Shown here one piece after another: positions 62,201 to 64,000 of a stretch of DNA of 64,000 nt. Made by a program: the position numbers and the translations under genes. This DNA comes from Camelus ferus. Its lineage: Eukaryota. Numbering within the stretch: the stretch's first letter is position 1; every line of letters starts with the position of its first letter. The DNA is taken from the NCBI RefSeq assembly GCF_009834535.1, contig NC_045696.1, positions 82,772,001-82,836,000 of the forward strand. The letters run 5' to 3'. The notes below the pieces were generated by a model. The model did no database searches and was not told where the DNA came from. It saw nothing but the letters and a program-made list of their open reading frames with translations.

Positions 62201-63574
62201 GCCTTGTAAGACCTAATTGCCAAAATACCTGACTCTTCTGTGCTCTCCATTTTGCCTGAACTGCACCTAAGATCGTTTTCATTTCTCTCTTGCTTGGCAT
62301 TATGTCTGCCTAAATTTTTTCCTTCAGATTGCCCACATCCAATTGCATTCATTAGAACTTCGCTAAATGCCAAGTTTCCCATGGTTTTCTTAATTCCCTT
62401 TTGAATTTTTTTTTTTGAGACAAACCTAGATCTTGTTAAAAAACCCTCCCACTGTGTCTTCTGTTACTAAAAAGTAATTAAATAAAAAGTGAGGTTTGGA
62501 TCTATCTATCATTTAATTCGAAATTACATATGAATATAGAGAGGAAAAGTGACTTTGAAAGATCAATTCTCAAATTTTGATTTAAGAACTGTGTTATTAG
62601 CTGAAATAATATGAACTGAGTCCATTCTTTTGACCTTTCCAAAGTCTAACCTAGTCAATTATTGCAGCAGAGCAGGGAACCAAAGAATGGCTTTGAATCA
62701 GTCAGACCCAAACTGATTTAAGTTTGCATGTGGTTAAATAGACATTAGTTAAAAATAATTAATGCTGTCTTTGACCTTTGAAATGAGGAAGGACATTCAT
62801 GGCTCTCCCCTGACTCCCACTCCATACATGTGAATCTACTTAACTCATTTCATTACTTAAAATAGAGGACATTTTAGTATGCCTTGATATTAAATATCTT
62901 AAATAACATAAGCAAAGTTGTATTCTTCCTAAATGGATGCTGTCAACACTTTCCCTTGGATATTTAGGGCCTACATTTTTCACAGCTCACCAAGCTAACT
63001 TTTGAAAACATGTATATATTGAGAGTATGTTTTATGAAATAACCACTGATCAAATCTCTTTAGCACAGTTTGGCAAGGTTCTCCCCTTGGGTATTAGGAG
63101 AAGATCATTGATCGTTCCCCTTCCAGGTTTTAATAAGACCCAGAAATGGATGCAGTTATGTTGTTGTGTTTGTCAAATATATAGTGTTTTAGGGAGGAAT
63201 TTCTGAAATGCATCACAATGCTTTGCTTCCAGAAGGAAGAAAGATGTATTTTCTTTCTCCCTTTCTTCCCGTCATTTTTCCTTCTCCACCAGTCACCACT
63301 GCAGCGTGAACAAGGGGCCCCTATCATCGAGAATTTGCTCAACTACTGCTGGGGTGGAGACAGAAGGGAAGCAGTAGAAGTTTTCCCAAAGCAGGCTCTA
63401 AACAAACAGTAACCCATAATGTCGTTTTCATCTCATCCTCTATTGTTTCCAACATTAATTTCTAGTTCAGGTATATCTGGGGGGTTCAAAAAGTGCACTC
63501 TATGTTTTCCCAAATATCAGAGTTTTACGTCGACAAATGGAAGACCAGTACAGATGACATAAGAGACACCTGTG

Positions 63575-63930
63575 AGACTGGCACGTAGGAGACTGTCAGT
63601 AAGTATTTAGTGAATGAGTGAATAAACGAGCCTCATCTGGGCCTTCATACAGGCCAACCCTTGTTCCCTCTTTCAGAAGATTCTTATTTGTCCACTGGGT
63701 TTCATTTAATTGTTACTTCACTGGAAAAACTTTCCTGACTGCTCTTCACAGGCTAAATTATGTCCCAATTATTTGTGACCATAGCACACTAAGCTTCTAC
63801 CATATCTTTTATCAAATTTTATTGGGATTCAGTGTTCAGCGCCTACCTCCTCAACTGCCCAGGCCTATTATGTGTGGTGTTCTGTCCCCACCTCCCAGTG
63901 CAGTAATTGGCAAAAAGGCACTTGAACCTG
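63575..63930 (+). mobile_element. L2 LINE 3'-end fragments
   Basis: 'ctggcacgtagga...cagtaagtatttagtgaatgagtgaat', then 'gttacttcactggaaaaactttcctgact...catagcac...cccagtgcagtaattggc'. Confidence 0.55.
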
Positions 63931-64000
63931 AAAAGGTCAGAAGGAAGAGTGGCCAGGAAGTAGATTTCTACTGGCAAGAGCCAAAAACAAAACAAAACAA

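Noticed and set aside
1..64000. Host-gene identity, and any prokaryote-type system (CRISPR, operon, phage, defence island)
   Set aside because: No exon I can recognise, so no gene symbol is given. The sequence is plainly mammalian, with no regularly spaced repeat-spacer array or dense ORFs.

Overview
AT-rich mammalian genomic DNA with no recognisable protein-coding exon, RNA gene, processed pseudogene or full CpG island. It is most likely part of a very large intron or a regulatory gene desert. One young tRNA-Ala(AGC)-derived SINE (6672-6792, Vic-1-like) points to a camelid (camel/alpaca/llama). All other repeats are ancient eutherian-wide fossils (MIR, L2, MLT1, MER3, MER5, L1ME-type 3' end), recognised by eye against remembered consensus sequences, so boundaries are approximate. 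The supplied ORFs appear to be chance or repeat-derived. The most interesting signals are: (i) long transposon-poor stretches with enhancer-like motif clusters (GATA/E-box/ETS/FOX:ETS/RUNX/octamer, and an AGGTCA+NKX2 array); (ii) a divergent pair of CTCF-like motifs, one with the upstream ZF9-11 module; (iii) a MER3 copy with strongly AT->GC-biased divergence, suggesting a GC-biased gene conversion footprint; (iv) a CpG-rich patch at 25.8-26.3 kb holding candidate small exons on both strands. I could not identify the host gene and found no convincing novel biological system. All regulatory and exon calls are hypotheses.
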